Assembly (NCBI GenBank): GCA_011064985.1
Contig: JAAKFR010000002.1
Location: 1-36,288 of the forward strand
Direction: 5' to 3'
Length of the DNA stretch: 36,288 bases
From: Chlamydiota bacterium
Lineage (GTDB): Bacteria > Chlamydiota > Chlamydiia > Chlamydiales > JAAKFR01
This document shows positions 35,612 through 36,288 of this stretch, piece by piece. The position numbers were made by a program, and so were the translations under genes. Positions within the stretch are counted from its first letter, which is position 1. Each line of letters opens with the position of its first letter. Under the pieces are notes generated by a model that searched no databases, was not told the origin of the DNA, and saw only the letters and a list, made by a program, of their open reading frames with translations.

Positions 35612-35935
35612 ATGAATAGCGAAATTTTGAAACATTTTAATGATGACAGTTTTGACGAGGGGATCTCCCAAGGGGTGGTCTTAGTCGACTTTTACGCCGA
35701 TTGGTGTGGCCCTTGCCGTATGCTTACTCCTGTACTCGAAGAACTGGCCCAGGAGATGGTGGGGAAGATGGTTGTAGCAAAAGTCGACACAGACCAGTCA
35801 GTTGGGGTTGCAGCTAAGCATGAAGTTACATCCATCCCCACTTTGATTCTTTTCAAAGATGGTTCCATCGTGAAGCGTGTTGTAGGCCTCAAAGATCTGG
35901 ACTCTTTGCGCTCCATGGTCAATGAAGCCCTCTAA
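35612..35935 (+). CDS. trxA: Thioredoxin
   Basis: 107 aa with the WCGPC active site and typical TrxA length. AGGAGAGG lies upstream of the ATG. Confidence 0.95.
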   Translation: MNSEILKHFNDDSFDEGISQGVVLVDFYADWCGPCRMLTPVLEELAQEMVGKMVVAKVDTDQSVGVAAKHEVTSIPTLILFKDGSIVKRVVGLKDLDSLRSMVNEAL

Positions 35936-36288
35936 ACTCCAAAGTTGTTACAATTTACATATTTTTGGCTTTGTAAAAAAATAACCACAGAGGACACCAG
36001 GATACCTGCAAAGTGTAACTAAATCCTAGCCAGCATGGCTAATGCTTGTAAAGGCAAACTCTTCTGGTATTTTCTTTTATTTCTAGCGGTAGTCGTACCA
36101 GCCCTAAGCCTGCTTTTAAAAGTGTAGGCTCGAGCTGTCGCTCACATCGACATCCACTCAGAGAAAACGGTCGCCACATTTTTGCCGAGCACGACCCCGA
36201 AACAGCCCAAAAGATCTGCCGTTCCCTTGGCGAAACCGAAATCAAAGAAAGTTCCCTCGCTTACCCGGCAACACTCCCATCACCAAGC

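Noticed and set aside
36039-36245. 68-aa minus-strand ORF at the window end.
   Set aside because: No RBS, an odd Cys/Arg/Ser-rich composition and no recognisable family. It competes with a more protein-like plus-strand frame.
1-36288. CRISPR arrays, rRNA genes, prophage or integrase genes, toxin-antitoxin pairs, and an intein in dnaB.
   Set aside because: I scanned for regularly spaced direct repeats, rRNA-like conserved stretches, recombinase or transposase motifs and small adjacent two-gene cassettes. None was found, and dnaB is of normal length with contiguous motifs.

Overview
This 36.3-kb chromosomal window most likely comes from an environmental member of the Chlamydiota. Supporting evidence is a TLC-type ATP/ADP translocase, a cysteine-rich MOMP-like beta-barrel protein, small proteins with Inc-like bilobed hydrophobic domains, a tyrP-type permease, and vitamin and nucleotide salvage genes. 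I did not compute GC content.

About 37 CDS are supported, mostly housekeeping and mostly on the minus strand: mnmG, dnaB, rho, coaE, polA, sppA, pgk, pdxH, pdxS/pdxT, engB, tsaE and trxA. Many are translationally coupled through ATGA overlaps. There are two tRNAs, Ser-GCU and Leu-CAG, and one micro-ORF missing from the ORF track (a bS22-like 29-aa basic protein). I saw no rRNA, CRISPR array, transposase or prophage.

The non-housekeeping content is:
1. A MITE-like repeat family. One copy has 31-bp terminal inverted repeats and a perfect 9-bp target-site duplication, and it rewrote the 3' end of a gene. A second, inverted copy next to tRNA-Ser carries a nested 76-bp palindromic insertion. The family has a cloverleaf-like core.
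2. An AT-rich two-gene module of secreted proteins, one with a RanBP2-like zinc ribbon.
3. A membrane-anchored, Inc-like GNAT acetyltransferase.
4. Three paralogous small 4-TM proteins, interrupted by an AAA+/PD-(D/E)xK gene.
5. A four-gene DevABC/MacAB-TolC-like efflux operon.
6. Two recurring non-coding motifs: a leader element upstream of mnmG and sppA, and a TTGATAAATCAA palindrome.

I cannot demonstrate a coherent novel multi-gene system. The items above are the best candidates for follow-up.
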